In this document: positions 1 through 9,199 of the stretch, in pieces
How the letters are laid out: each line of letters opens with the position of its first letter
How positions within the stretch are numbered: the stretch's first letter is position 1
Assembly (NCBI GenBank): GCA_963666985.2
Contig: CAXXIA010000002.1
Coordinates: 2,304,001-2,368,000 of the forward strand
From: Spirochaetia bacterium
GTDB taxonomy: Bacteria > Spirochaetota > Spirochaetia > DSM-2461
DNA: 64,000 nt
Reading direction: 5' to 3'
Notes under the pieces: generated by a model
Database searches by the model: none
What the model was told of the DNA's origin: nothing
Seen by the model: the letters and a program-made list of their open reading frames with translations, nothing else
Translations under genes and position numbers: made by a program

Positions 1-150
1 CTCCCGCGGGACGCCGAAGGCGGCGGGGGTAATGGTTTTCGGACTTCGTCGGCAGCGTGCAATTCTGACCGTTGGATGTACAATTTTGACGGTTGCGGCT
101 TTTTTCAGCACCTGCTGAGATAGATATTACACATTACAAGGAATAAAAAT

Positions 151-1668
151 ATGAAGATGGAAGCAGATGTCGTCGTTATCGCCGCAGGAGCCTCCGGCAT
201 CGCCGCGGCGGTAGCCGCCGCGGAAAAAGAGGCCAGTGTCGTTGTTTTTGAAAAAGGAAGCACCACAGGCGGCGCCGCCAGCATGGGAATGGGCTTCTTC
301 GCGGTTGAATCGAAATATCAGAAGAATCAAATGATTCCCCTCACGGTGGACGAAGCCTTTAAAACATTCATGGAATATACCCATTGGCAGGTTGACGGCC
401 GTCTGGTGCGCAAGTACTTCGGTCAATCGGCCGGCACCGTCGAATGGGTGGAAAGCATGGGCGTGGAATTCCTGGGTGCCTATAAGTATTTCAAGGATTC
501 CCTCCAAACATGGCATGTCATCAAAGCGTTCGGCAGCAATAGGCCTTCCGAGCGCGGAGCCTCGGTTATGTTCAAAGCCCTGACCGACAGGGCCGTGGAA
601 TTGGGTGTGGAAATCAAATTCCACACTCCGGCCCATAAGATTCTGACCAATCCCGATACCGGCCGGGTAACCGGTGTTCTGGCCAAAGACGCCGACGGTA
701 ACGAGATTGAATGCGAGTGCGATACCGTTATCGTCTGCACAGGCGGTTTCGGAGACAATCCGAAGCTGATTAAGGATAAGATCGGTTTTGATTGGGGAAA
801 GGATCTTTTCTCCTTCCGTATCCCCGGAAACGTGGGCGACGGCCTGAACATGATGTGGAACATCGGCGGCGGAAAAACACCGGTCAATATCGAAATGACC
901 TACAACAGCCCCGGACTGACCGACATTTTCAAAACCCTGAGCGAAACCATGCGTCAGCCCAACCTTCTGGTGAACCTGGAAGGAAAGAGATTCTGCAACG
1001 AAGAAATCATGAACAACACAACCTTTACGGGAAATGCCGTCAGCCGGCAGACTCAGAGAAAGGGCTTCACGATTATCACCGATGAGATTCTTGATGATTA
1101 CCGAAAGAACGGTCTGGATTTCATTACCGTGCACCACAACATTAAAACCGTGGACAAATGGGACGAGGAACTGAAAACATACCTGAGCGGCGAGAAAGCC
1201 GAAGCCTCGGGACTCAGCCTTCTTCATGACGAGGAAGAGAATGAATCGGTTCTTTGGGAAGCCGACAGTCTTGAAGAACTGTGTGAAAAAACCGGTATCA
1301 ATCTTAAGAATCTGAAAGCCACCATCGAGGAATACAATTCTTATGCCGGTACCCGGGATATGCAGTTCAACAAGCATCCCAAATACATGCGGGCCATCAA
1401 GGGGAAGAAATTCTACGCCGTGGCCCACAGGCCCTGCGGATACGGAACTCTCGGCGGCATCAAAGTGAATGACGATCTTCAGGTTCTCCGCGACGACGGG
1501 AGTCCGATTCCCGGACTCTATTCCGCCGGAACCGACGCCTGTAATATTTTCGGCGACAGCTACTGTTTCATCATGCCGGGAAACACCATGGGCTGGGCGA
1601 TCAATTCCGGAAGAATGGCCGGATACAACGCCGTAGATTATCTCGATTCCGATGATTTTGTAGAGTAG
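151..1668 (+). CDS. FAD-dependent oxidoreductase, fumarate reductase/flavocytochrome c flavoprotein-subunit superfamily; substrate unknown
   Basis: N-terminal dinucleotide-binding motif VVVIAAGASGIAAA, TGG/TGGFG motifs, C-terminal 'GTLGGIKVN...PIPGLYSAG'; AAGGA SD upstream; no signal peptide visible. Confidence 0.85.
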   Translation: MKMEADVVVIAAGASGIAAAVAAAEKEASVVVFEKGSTTGGAASMGMGFFAVESKYQKNQMIPLTVDEAFKTFMEYTHWQVDGRLVRKYFGQSAGTVEWVESMGVEFLGAYKYFKDSLQTWHVIKAFGSNRPSERGASVMFKALTDRAVELGVEIKFHTPAHKILTNPDTGRVTGVLAKDADGNEIECECDTVIVCTGGFGDNPKLIKDKIGFDWGKDLFSFRIPGNVGDGLNMMWNIGGGKTPVNIEMTYNSPGLTDIFKTLSETMRQPNLLVNLEGKRFCNEEIMNNTTFTGNAVSRQTQRKGFTIITDEILDDYRKNGLDFITVHHNIKTVDKWDEELKTYLSGEKAEASGLSLLHDEEENESVLWEADSLEELCEKTGINLKNLKATIEEYNSYAGTRDMQFNKHPKYMRAIKGKKFYAVAHRPCGYGTLGGIKVNDDLQVLRDDGSPIPGLYSAGTDACNIFGDSYCFIMPGNTMGWAINSGRMAGYNAVDYLDSDDFVE

Positions 1669-1676
1669 GAACGCTG

Positions 1677-3611
1677 ATGAAAGCATACCGCTATCCCAAT
1701 CTTCTGAAGCCCATCAAGATAGGAAAAGTGACATTCCGGAATCGGATTTTCACCGCGCCGACGGGTCTGCACGCCGTTCAGGCGGAAGAACCGTATCCCA
1801 CCGAAGCGGCCATCGTTCATTTCGCCAACAGGGCCAAGGGCGGCGCAGGCTGTGTTACCTGCGGCGGCGTCAGTATTTTCCCCAGGAAAAAAGACGACGG
1901 TCACGCCACTTGGGATGTGTATGAGAAGTCGAATGTCCATGTCTTGGCCCAGTTGGCCGAGAGTATTCATTTCCACGGCGCCAAGGCTTCCATGGAGCTC
2001 GGAGTGGCGGGAGTCGTCGGCGGTGAGTACGGCGCCAGCGACGGCATTATTCTCATGGCGGGAAATCCCGCCAAGGAAATGCCCGTATCCGAAATGAATC
2101 GGATTGCCGACGGCTATGCCGCGTCCGCCTCCGGCTGCAGGGCCGCCGGATTCGACATGATTATGCTCCATTTCGGTCACGGGCTCCTGGTGGGGCAATT
2201 CATCTCTCCGCTGACCAACCGCCGAACCGACGAATACGGGGGAAGCGCCGAGAACCGCGCCCGATTCCCGATGATGATTATCGATCGGATTCGGGAGAAA
2301 GTCGGCCGGGATCTGCTGATCGAAGTCCGCATCAGCGGAGCCGAACACGTCCCCGGCGGGATTACAATTGAGGATGCCATTGAATTCACGAAGCTGATCG
2401 AGGATAAGGTGGACCTTATTCACGTGTCCGCCGGTGTTCACAATCCGGACTATATGACCGTGGTGCATCCCTGCGGATTCCGTCCGCATATGCCCAATCT
2501 TCCTTTGGCCGAAGCCATGAAAAAATCGGGAGTGAAAATCCCCGTGGTAACGATCGGCGGTATCCAGGAACTCGGCAGCGCCGAGGCCGCATTGGCCGAC
2601 GGCAAGGCGGATATCGTCTCCGTCGCCCGCGGATTCATCGCGGATACGAATTTGGGCAACAAAGCCTACCGCGGCGAGGGTGAGGATGTGCGGCCCTGCA
2701 TCAAGTGCATGCGGTGCCATGACAGCGTTGTTTGGGAATATCACTATTCCTGTACGGTGAACCCGGAAATCGGATTCGAACATCGGCTTCCGCTGTTGGT
2801 GGAACCGCCCAAAGCGAAAAGGAATATCGCCGTCGTCGGCGGAGGTCCCGCCGGAATGCAGGCGGTTCTGACGCTGATTTCCAGGGGACATGAGGTAACT
2901 CTTTATGAAGCCGAAGATGTTCTCGGCGGAACCTTGAACTTTTCCGAAAAGGTCGATTTTAAAAGGGATTTAAGGCGCTATAAAGATTACATGGCGGACC
3001 GGGTTCTTCAATCCGGCGCGACCGTGAAGCTGAACACCCGCGTCGACGCGAAATTTTTGAACGCCGCGGGTCATGATGTGGTTATCGGAGCCTTGGGATC
3101 GTCTCCTCTTGTTCCTCCCATCCCCGGTATCGATAATGACCATGTGGTTATGGCGCTGGATTCCTATGGTGCCGAAGATCGGCTCGGGGACGAGGTTCTC
3201 GTATTGGGAGGCGGACAGGTCGGCAGTGAGACGGCCCTCCATCTTGCCCGCATGGGTAGAAAGGTAACCTTGCTGGAAATGAGAAGCGGTATTGTTCTGG
3301 ACGCTTCCGAAACCCACAAGGGAGAGATGATCTTTGAAATTAAAAACAATGAGAATATTACCGTTTTAACCTCGGCCCGCTGTACTTCCATCGGTAAGGA
3401 TTCGGTTACGTATGCCGATGCGGAAGGAGAGGAGAAAACCGTCTTCGCGCCGAGCGTTATTGTCGCCGTTGGAATGGTTTCCGCCGAAAAGGATGCCGAA
3501 GCCTTAAGGCAGGCTCTTGATTGCGAGTTTTATTCCATAGGTGATTGTCAAAGGGTCGGAACCGTGGAGAGCGCCACAAAGAGCGCTTACTATTTGGCGG
3601 TCCGACTTTAA
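1677..3611 (+). CDS. NADH:flavin oxidoreductase (Old Yellow Enzyme TIM barrel + 4Fe-4S + FAD/NAD(P)H domain; FadH/BaiCD-like architecture)
   Basis: 'LKPIKIGKVTFRNRI', 'SPLTNRRTDEYGGSAENRARF', CxxCxxC-x11-C cluster motif, two GGG(P/Q)xG Rossmann motifs. Confidence 0.9.
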   Translation: MKAYRYPNLLKPIKIGKVTFRNRIFTAPTGLHAVQAEEPYPTEAAIVHFANRAKGGAGCVTCGGVSIFPRKKDDGHATWDVYEKSNVHVLAQLAESIHFHGAKASMELGVAGVVGGEYGASDGIILMAGNPAKEMPVSEMNRIADGYAASASGCRAAGFDMIMLHFGHGLLVGQFISPLTNRRTDEYGGSAENRARFPMMIIDRIREKVGRDLLIEVRISGAEHVPGGITIEDAIEFTKLIEDKVDLIHVSAGVHNPDYMTVVHPCGFRPHMPNLPLAEAMKKSGVKIPVVTIGGIQELGSAEAALADGKADIVSVARGFIADTNLGNKAYRGEGEDVRPCIKCMRCHDSVVWEYHYSCTVNPEIGFEHRLPLLVEPPKAKRNIAVVGGGPAGMQAVLTLISRGHEVTLYEAEDVLGGTLNFSEKVDFKRDLRRYKDYMADRVLQSGATVKLNTRVDAKFLNAAGHDVVIGALGSSPLVPPIPGIDNDHVVMALDSYGAEDRLGDEVLVLGGGQVGSETALHLARMGRKVTLLEMRSGIVLDASETHKGEMIFEIKNNENITVLTSARCTSIGKDSVTYADAEGEEKTVFAPSVIVAVGMVSAEKDAEALRQALDCEFYSIGDCQRVGTVESATKSAYYLAVRL

Positions 3612-3633
3612 TAGAAGAAGGAGTTTTATTAGT

Positions 3634-4836
3634 ATGATATCTCAATCACGCCGGGGCTGGATTGTGCTCTGGGCGGCGGTGATCCTTAATTTTTTCATCG
3701 GTCTGGGGTATATCTGGAGCATTATCGCCAAGCAGCTTATTGAACAGCTGCATTGGACGAGCGTTCAGGCATCCCTTCCGTATACCGTTTTTTCCATTAT
3801 GTTCGCCGTTTCCATGATGCTTTCGGGCCCCATCCAAGATAGAAAAGGACCGCGTTTCAGCTCGACGCTCGGCGGTCTTCTGATCGGCGGCGGACTTATT
3901 CTTACCGGATTCGCCCTGAAGCCTTCCCTGATGGTTCTGACTTTCGGACTGATCACCGGAACCGGTTTGGGCTCGATGTATTCCGCGACGGTTCCGCCGG
4001 CTTTGAAGTGGTTCCCGCCCGAGAAGAAAGGCACCATTAACGGAGCTATCGTGGCGGTTTTGGCTTTGGCGTCCATTATGTATTCTCCCGTTGCCAAGAC
4101 GCTCATGGAGAATATGGGCATCGCTCCCACCTTCTGGATTATAGGCGGAGTGCTTATTGTTATTCTTACAGGGACTTCACAGCTGCTCTGTAATCCTCCC
4201 GAAGGGTATCAATTCGCTTCCGAATCCGGATCGCCGGCCGCCGTTACCGCCGTTGTGGAGCAGGGACCGCGGGAAATGCTCAAAAGCGGCGACTTCTATA
4301 AGATTTGGTTCATGTTCGCCCTTTCCGCGTCTTCCAGTCTCATGGTTGTCGGGCATATCGCGAACATTGCCAAGAGTCAGGCCGGCTGGAACGGCGGGTT
4401 CATCCTGGTGATTCTTCTGGCGCTGTGCAACGGCGCCGGTCGCTTTTTTCTCGGCGGATATCTTTCCGACAAACTGGGCCGCGGAAATCTGATGCGGCTG
4501 ACGTTTATTCTTCAGGCCGTCAACATGCTCCTGTTCATGTTCTACAGAAGTCCGCTTCTGCTGATTATCGGCGTCGCCGTGGCCGGACTGTGCTACGGCT
4601 CCACGATGGTTGTCTTCTCGGCGGCCACCGCGGATAAATGGGGCATGAAGAACTTCGGCGCGAATTACGGAATCGTCTTCATGGCCTGGGGACTCGCCGG
4701 GGTTGTCGGGCCTTTGCCGAGTGCGTTCATCTTCGACGCAACCGGCAGCTATACGGGCGCCTTTTTGATCTCCGGCGTTCTGGTGATTGTCTCTTTGATT
4801 CTGGCTTTTACCTATAAAGCATCCGATAAAGGTTAA
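3634..4836 (+). CDS. MFS transporter, oxalate/formate antiporter (OFA/YhjX-like) family
   Basis: About 12 hydrophobic segments, 'GPIQDRKGPR', 'KWFPPEKKG', 'GMKNFGANYG'; start moved to ATG 3634 behind AAGGAG. Confidence 0.85.
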   Translation: MISQSRRGWIVLWAAVILNFFIGLGYIWSIIAKQLIEQLHWTSVQASLPYTVFSIMFAVSMMLSGPIQDRKGPRFSSTLGGLLIGGGLILTGFALKPSLMVLTFGLITGTGLGSMYSATVPPALKWFPPEKKGTINGAIVAVLALASIMYSPVAKTLMENMGIAPTFWIIGGVLIVILTGTSQLLCNPPEGYQFASESGSPAAVTAVVEQGPREMLKSGDFYKIWFMFALSASSSLMVVGHIANIAKSQAGWNGGFILVILLALCNGAGRFFLGGYLSDKLGRGNLMRLTFILQAVNMLLFMFYRSPLLLIIGVAVAGLCYGSTMVVFSAATADKWGMKNFGANYGIVFMAWGLAGVVGPLPSAFIFDATGSYTGAFLISGVLVIVSLILAFTYKASDKG

Positions 4837-4865
4837 AAATCCCGTTTCCCGATTCGCCGAATAAG

Positions 4866-4893
4866 CCTGCGGGACCCGAATGGGTCCCGCGGG
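4866..4893 (+). terminator. Probable intrinsic terminator of the oxidoreductase-MFS operon
   Basis: CCTGCGGGACCC-GAAT-GGGTCCCGCGGG hairpin followed by TGTTTAT. Confidence 0.65.
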
Positions 4894-4905
4894 TGTTTAT
4901 AACCC

Positions 4906-4966
4906 TTGACATCGGGTTATTCTCGATTGTATACATAGTATAACGTTATACTAAAACGTTATACTA
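4906..4966 (+). promoter_or_regulatory. Sigma-70 promoter and LacI-family operator(s) upstream of the LacI gene
   Basis: TTGACA (4906-4911), 18 nt, TATACA (4930-4935); perfect palindrome TAGTATAACGTTATACTA (4936-4953) with central CG; overlapping second copy TACTAAAACGTTATACTA (4949-4966). Confidence 0.8.
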
Positions 4967-4969
4967 ACA

Positions 4970-6010
4970 ATGAAGATGACAATAAAAGACATCGCGCGTC
5001 TGTGTGATGTTTCCGTGACAACCGTTTCTCGCGTGCTGAATAATAAAACCGACTCCATAGGCCGGGAAACCGTTGCGCGCATCCGTGAAAAAATTGAGGA
5101 AGTCGGCTATCGGCCCAACAGCGTGGCCAGGAGTATGATAACCGGCCAATCCCATACGATAGGACTTGTTGTTCCCGATAATTCCAATCCTTTTTTTGCC
5201 GAGCTGGCGCGGAGTATCGAGGATATCGGTTACGCCGAGGGATACAGCGTTATTCTCTGCAATTCCGATTACAGCGTGAAGAAAGAATTGGCCTATGTCG
5301 ATGCGCTTATCGCCCGCCAAATTGACGGCATAATTTATATTTCAACGGGTCAATCCGGCGATACCTCCCGGAAAATGCAGGGGAATGGGGTTGCGTTCGT
5401 TGAAGTGGGCCATAACATCGTCGGTTCCAGTTTCGGAGTCGTGTCAATCGATTACGCGAAGGGCGGTTTTCTGGCCACATCTCATCTGATTGGGCTGGGA
5501 CATAAAAGAATCGGGTGTATCGCGGGGGGGATTGTCTATACCCATAGCGAACAGAGACTGGACGGATACAAAAACGCGCTGGAGACGGCGGGAATGGAAT
5601 CCGATCCCCGCCTTATCGTATCGGGTGATTTTCGTCTGGAAGGCGGAGAACGCGCGATGCAAGAACTCTTGGCGCTTAAGGAACCACCCTCGGCCGTTTT
5701 CGCGTTCAACGACATGATGGCATTGGGCGCCATCCGCGCCGTGAAGGCGAGCGGTTTCAGAGTTCCTGAGGACATTTCGATCGTGGGTTACGACAATATC
5801 GGCTTCGGCCGGGTTATCGATCCTCCTTTAACGACAATCGATCATCCCGTCGCCGCCGTTGCCGATGCCGTAATGAATTTACTCTTCAGAAATATCATGA
5901 AAAAAAGCGGTCTTCCTGAAAACCGGTCTGAATTTCAGGGTATCGAACCTCGGCTGATAATCCGGGAATCCGCGACAAGGCGGAATCCGGATATCGAACA
6001 GGAAGCATAG
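4970..6010 (+). CDS. LacI-family transcriptional regulator (RbsR/PurR-like)
   Basis: HTH 'TIKDIARLCDVSVTTVSRVLN', hinge 'YRPNSVARSM', sugar-binding domain 'VPEDISIVGYD'. Confidence 0.95.
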   Translation: MKMTIKDIARLCDVSVTTVSRVLNNKTDSIGRETVARIREKIEEVGYRPNSVARSMITGQSHTIGLVVPDNSNPFFAELARSIEDIGYAEGYSVILCNSDYSVKKELAYVDALIARQIDGIIYISTGQSGDTSRKMQGNGVAFVEVGHNIVGSSFGVVSIDYAKGGFLATSHLIGLGHKRIGCIAGGIVYTHSEQRLDGYKNALETAGMESDPRLIVSGDFRLEGGERAMQELLALKEPPSAVFAFNDMMALGAIRAVKASGFRVPEDISIVGYDNIGFGRVIDPPLTTIDHPVAAVADAVMNLLFRNIMKKSGLPENRSEFQGIEPRLIIRESATRRNPDIEQEA

Positions 6011-6164
6011 GAGGTTCTTATAGAGAAAAGTGCAGTAATCGGAGAATCAAATTGGATAGCCGGAAGAGAGTGTGGACGGGAGACCACGGCACGATCCCCC
6101 GCCCACGATGAGTCGACTCTGCAGTCACAAACTCTCTTTGATTGTACCAAACCTGGAGTAATCA

Positions 6165-7442
6165 ATGAAACGAATTTTAACACTCGGCATCGCGGCGGCT
6201 CTTCTTATCACCGCGCTGCCGCTCTTTGCCAACGGCGCCGGTTCCGGAGAATCGTCCGAAGAAAAGCCGGTTAATCTTACATGGCTGATCCTGGAATTCT
6301 GGAATCCCGATACCGTTATCGCGGCTTATCAGGAGCTTCATCCCAATGTCACGATAGAAGCGGAGAAAGTGGGCTGGGGCGACTTTTTCCAGCAGAACCA
6401 AATCAGACTGATGTCGGGAGAGGGCGATCCGGATATCGTGAGTATCGATCTTCCCTTGGTCGCATCTTATGGGGCTCGCGGTTGGCTTGAACCTTTGGAT
6501 GATGTTATAAGCTCCGAAGATAAATCCCGCTGGATTCCGGCGGCCGTCGAATCGGGAACATACAACGGAGCATTGCTGGCCGCGCCTCAGCATACCTCCA
6601 CTCAGCTGCTTTTCGTTAATAAGGATCTTCTTGAATCAAAAGGAATTACCCCTCCCGGAACGGATGATCGCCTAACCTGGGAAGAGGTTCTCGCCGCGGC
6701 GCAAGCTGTTTCCGAAGGGGATATTCGAGGATTCAATTGGGAACAAAACACCGCGATTTATCAGCTGCAGCCCCTGCCTGTTTCCTTGGGCGGGAAATGC
6801 ATCGGAGAGGACGGTTTAACCGTCGAGGGTTTTATCAATTCCCCCGAGTGGATTGAAGCTTTCACGTTTTACAAAGATGTCTACAACAAGTATGGAGTCG
6901 CACCCAAAGGCGATACTCCTGCCGCGGATCTGTTCGCGTCGGGAAAGCTGGCGATGTTCGTCGGCGGTCCCTGGAATATCCGCCGTTTCGCGGCCGAAGC
7001 GCTCCTTTTCGACTGGACTGTGTCCCGGCATCCTTATTTTGAACAAGGAGAGATTGTTACTCCCACGGGAAGCTGGCATTTCGGCGTAAACGCGGCCGGT
7101 GAAGATAAAAAGGCGGCCGCCGAATTCGTCCGTTGGCTGACCGCCGGAGAAGGCGCCGGTCTTTGGTGGAGTAAAGACAGTTATGACATGCCCGCGCAGA
7201 TAGCGCTGCTTGAGTCTTTCAATACGATTGAGGATTTCCAAAAACCGCCTCTTTCTTTCATGAAAGTCGCCGCCGCCGAAGCGCGGGTCAATCCGGTTCC
7301 TCGGCCCGTTACGCCGGGATTCCTGGAGTACGATCAGCTGCTTCAGGCGGCGTTCAGCGATATTCGCAACGGGGCGGATCCGAAAAAAACCCTTGATACC
7401 GCCGCCGGACGCATTTCTTCGGAAATGAATAAATATCGATAG
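6165..7442 (+). CDS. ABC transporter substrate-binding protein (CUT1 sugar/nucleoside type)
   Basis: Signal peptide ending 'PLFANG', SBP_bac_1-like motifs ('GWLEPLDD', 'FASGKLAM'); upstream of two CUT1 permeases. Confidence 0.9.
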   Translation: MKRILTLGIAAALLITALPLFANGAGSGESSEEKPVNLTWLILEFWNPDTVIAAYQELHPNVTIEAEKVGWGDFFQQNQIRLMSGEGDPDIVSIDLPLVASYGARGWLEPLDDVISSEDKSRWIPAAVESGTYNGALLAAPQHTSTQLLFVNKDLLESKGITPPGTDDRLTWEEVLAAAQAVSEGDIRGFNWEQNTAIYQLQPLPVSLGGKCIGEDGLTVEGFINSPEWIEAFTFYKDVYNKYGVAPKGDTPAADLFASGKLAMFVGGPWNIRRFAAEALLFDWTVSRHPYFEQGEIVTPTGSWHFGVNAAGEDKKAAAEFVRWLTAGEGAGLWWSKDSYDMPAQIALLESFNTIEDFQKPPLSFMKVAAAEARVNPVPRPVTPGFLEYDQLLQAAFSDIRNGADPKKTLDTAAGRISSEMNKYR

Positions 7443-7447
7443 GAGAT

Positions 7448-7476
7448 GATCCATCGGGACCCGGCCCCGATGGATC
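7448..7476 (+). terminator. Intercistronic hairpin after the binding-protein gene (mRNA-stabilising or attenuating)
   Basis: GATCCATCGGG ... CCCGATGGATC 11-bp inverted repeat, no U-tract. Confidence 0.55.
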
Positions 7477-7482
7477 GATCAA

Positions 7483-8343
7483 ATGAATAAAGATAAAATC
7501 GTTCCGTATACGCTGATTGCACCGGCTCTGCTGTTACTGATTCTCTATAGGTTCTGGCCTACGGTTCTGGGACTTCATGAAAGTCTGTTTACCACGTCTT
7601 TCGCCCAGGGCGGAAAAAAGATTTTCATTGGTCCGGGAAACTTTATCCATTTGTGGAATGATCCGGTTTTCTGGAGTTCGGTAATCGCGACAGTCTTATT
7701 TAACGTGATAGCGAATCCTCTTCAAATCTTTCTTGCTTATATCCTTGCGGCTTTGCTGAACCGAAAGGTGAAGGGAATTAATTTGTTTCGAGGCCTCTTT
7801 CTTATTCCGGTGGCCATATCCATCAATGTTTCTTCCATCATCTGGAAGCTGATGCTGGATTCCGGAGGACTGGTGAATGGAATCTTGGATCGGATGGGAC
7901 TGGCGCCTCAGCCCTTTCTGCTGTCCGTCGATCAGGCGCTTTGGTCCGTTATCTGGATTTCTTCCTGGATCGGCGTGCCTTTTTGGTCGCTGTTTATATT
8001 AGCCGGGTTTCAGAGCATTCCGCGGCAAGTTTATGAAGCCGCCGCCATTGATGGTGTTTCCTCTCCACAGAGAACTTTTCGAATCACTCTTCCTTTGATG
8101 AAAAACTCCCTGGCCTTTGTTCTTATCGCGGACACCGTCGCGAATTTTTTATTGTTCACCCCCGTGCTGCTTTTAACCGGAGGAGGACCGGAGCTGTCGA
8201 CCAATGTCGCGATGTTTGAAGCCTATAGAAGAGGGATGATATACGGAGATTTGGGAACGGCTTCGGGTATTGTCATGATGCTGCTTTGCTTAATCATTAT
8301 CGTCGTCGGACTTCAGTCGCTTTTATTCCGGGAAAAGAAATGA
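7483..8343 (+). CDS. Carbohydrate ABC transporter permease (MalF/UgpA-like)
   Basis: EAA motif 'SIPRQVYEAAAIDG', multiple TM segments. Confidence 0.92.
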   Translation: MNKDKIVPYTLIAPALLLLILYRFWPTVLGLHESLFTTSFAQGGKKIFIGPGNFIHLWNDPVFWSSVIATVLFNVIANPLQIFLAYILAALLNRKVKGINLFRGLFLIPVAISINVSSIIWKLMLDSGGLVNGILDRMGLAPQPFLLSVDQALWSVIWISSWIGVPFWSLFILAGFQSIPRQVYEAAAIDGVSSPQRTFRITLPLMKNSLAFVLIADTVANFLLFTPVLLLTGGGPELSTNVAMFEAYRRGMIYGDLGTASGIVMMLLCLIIIVVGLQSLLFREKK

Positions 8344-9191
8344 AAAAAAACGGAACTTATTCGGTTTCTCACCGGATATTGACCTATGCCTTTCTCTTTA
8401 TCGTATTCATCATCGTGTTTATCCCTTTGTTATGGTCGCTTTCCGCTTCGTTCACGCCAAATAATCGAATCTATGAATATGTCGCGCCATTTTCCTGGAA
8501 AGCCTTTGTTCCGGTGGACTTTACCCCGGAAGCGTATGGGATTCTCTTCGGTGAAAGAGGATTCGGAATCGTTGTTTTAAGAACGCTGGTTATATCTCTG
8601 CTGACGGTCGTGTTCGGGGGAGTCGTCGCTTTTGCCGCCGGCTTCGGTTTCGCGAGATTCCGTTTCCGGGGCAGAAATCTTCTGTTCGGTTTGGTGATGG
8701 TTTCCTTCATGGTTCCCATCGAGGTTACCGTATTGCCCCTTTATATCATGATTGTTCACTCCGGCTGGGTGAACACATGGCGGGGGGTTGTTATTCCGGG
8801 ACTGGCCAACGGGCTGGTTATTTTCCTTTTTCGGCAGTTCTTTATGGAAATCCCGGGAAGTATGCTGGAAGCGGCCCGCGTCGACGGAACCTCCTGGCTC
8901 AGAATCCTGAGAAGTATTGTCTTGCCCGTTTCTCTCCCGGTAACGATAGGCGCGAGTCTTATTCTGTTTTTGTCGGCGTGGAATAACTATTTCTGGCCTC
9001 TTCTTGTGGCGACCAAACCCCGTTTTCGGCTCGTGCAGGTGGCCATTTCCATGGCCATTCAGCAGCAGCAGATTTATTGGAACGAACTTTTTGCCGGGGC
9101 TCTTATTGCCGCCTTGGTACCGATCGTTATCGTTTTGCCCCTGCAGAAATACTACGTTCAGAGCGTCGTTTCTTCGGGAATTAAGGGATAG
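8340..9191 (+). CDS. Carbohydrate ABC transporter permease (MalG/UgpE-like)
   Basis: EAA motif 'EIPGSMLEAARVDG', C-terminal 'SGIKG'; ATGA overlap with the upstream stop sets the start at 8340. Confidence 0.92.
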   Translation: MKKNGTYSVSHRILTYAFLFIVFIIVFIPLLWSLSASFTPNNRIYEYVAPFSWKAFVPVDFTPEAYGILFGERGFGIVVLRTLVISLLTVVFGGVVAFAAGFGFARFRFRGRNLLFGLVMVSFMVPIEVTVLPLYIMIVHSGWVNTWRGVVIPGLANGLVIFLFRQFFMEIPGSMLEAARVDGTSWLRILRSIVLPVSLPVTIGASLILFLSAWNNYFWPLLVATKPRFRLVQVAISMAIQQQQIYWNELFAGALIAALVPIVIVLPLQKYYVQSVVSSGIKG

Positions 9192-9199
9192 GTTCCGGA

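Noticed and set aside
127..2891. Long antisense ORFs (127-1686, 1638-2891) and similar ones opposite cheA, ppk1, rmuC, typA, rimO and pcrA
   Set aside because: They mirror well-supported genes, show no family motifs, and are expected shadows of GC-rich codon usage
6072..6106. Hairpin between the LacI gene and the binding-protein gene as a riboswitch
   Set aside because: Only one imperfect stem; no purine, preQ1 or other aptamer consensus recognised
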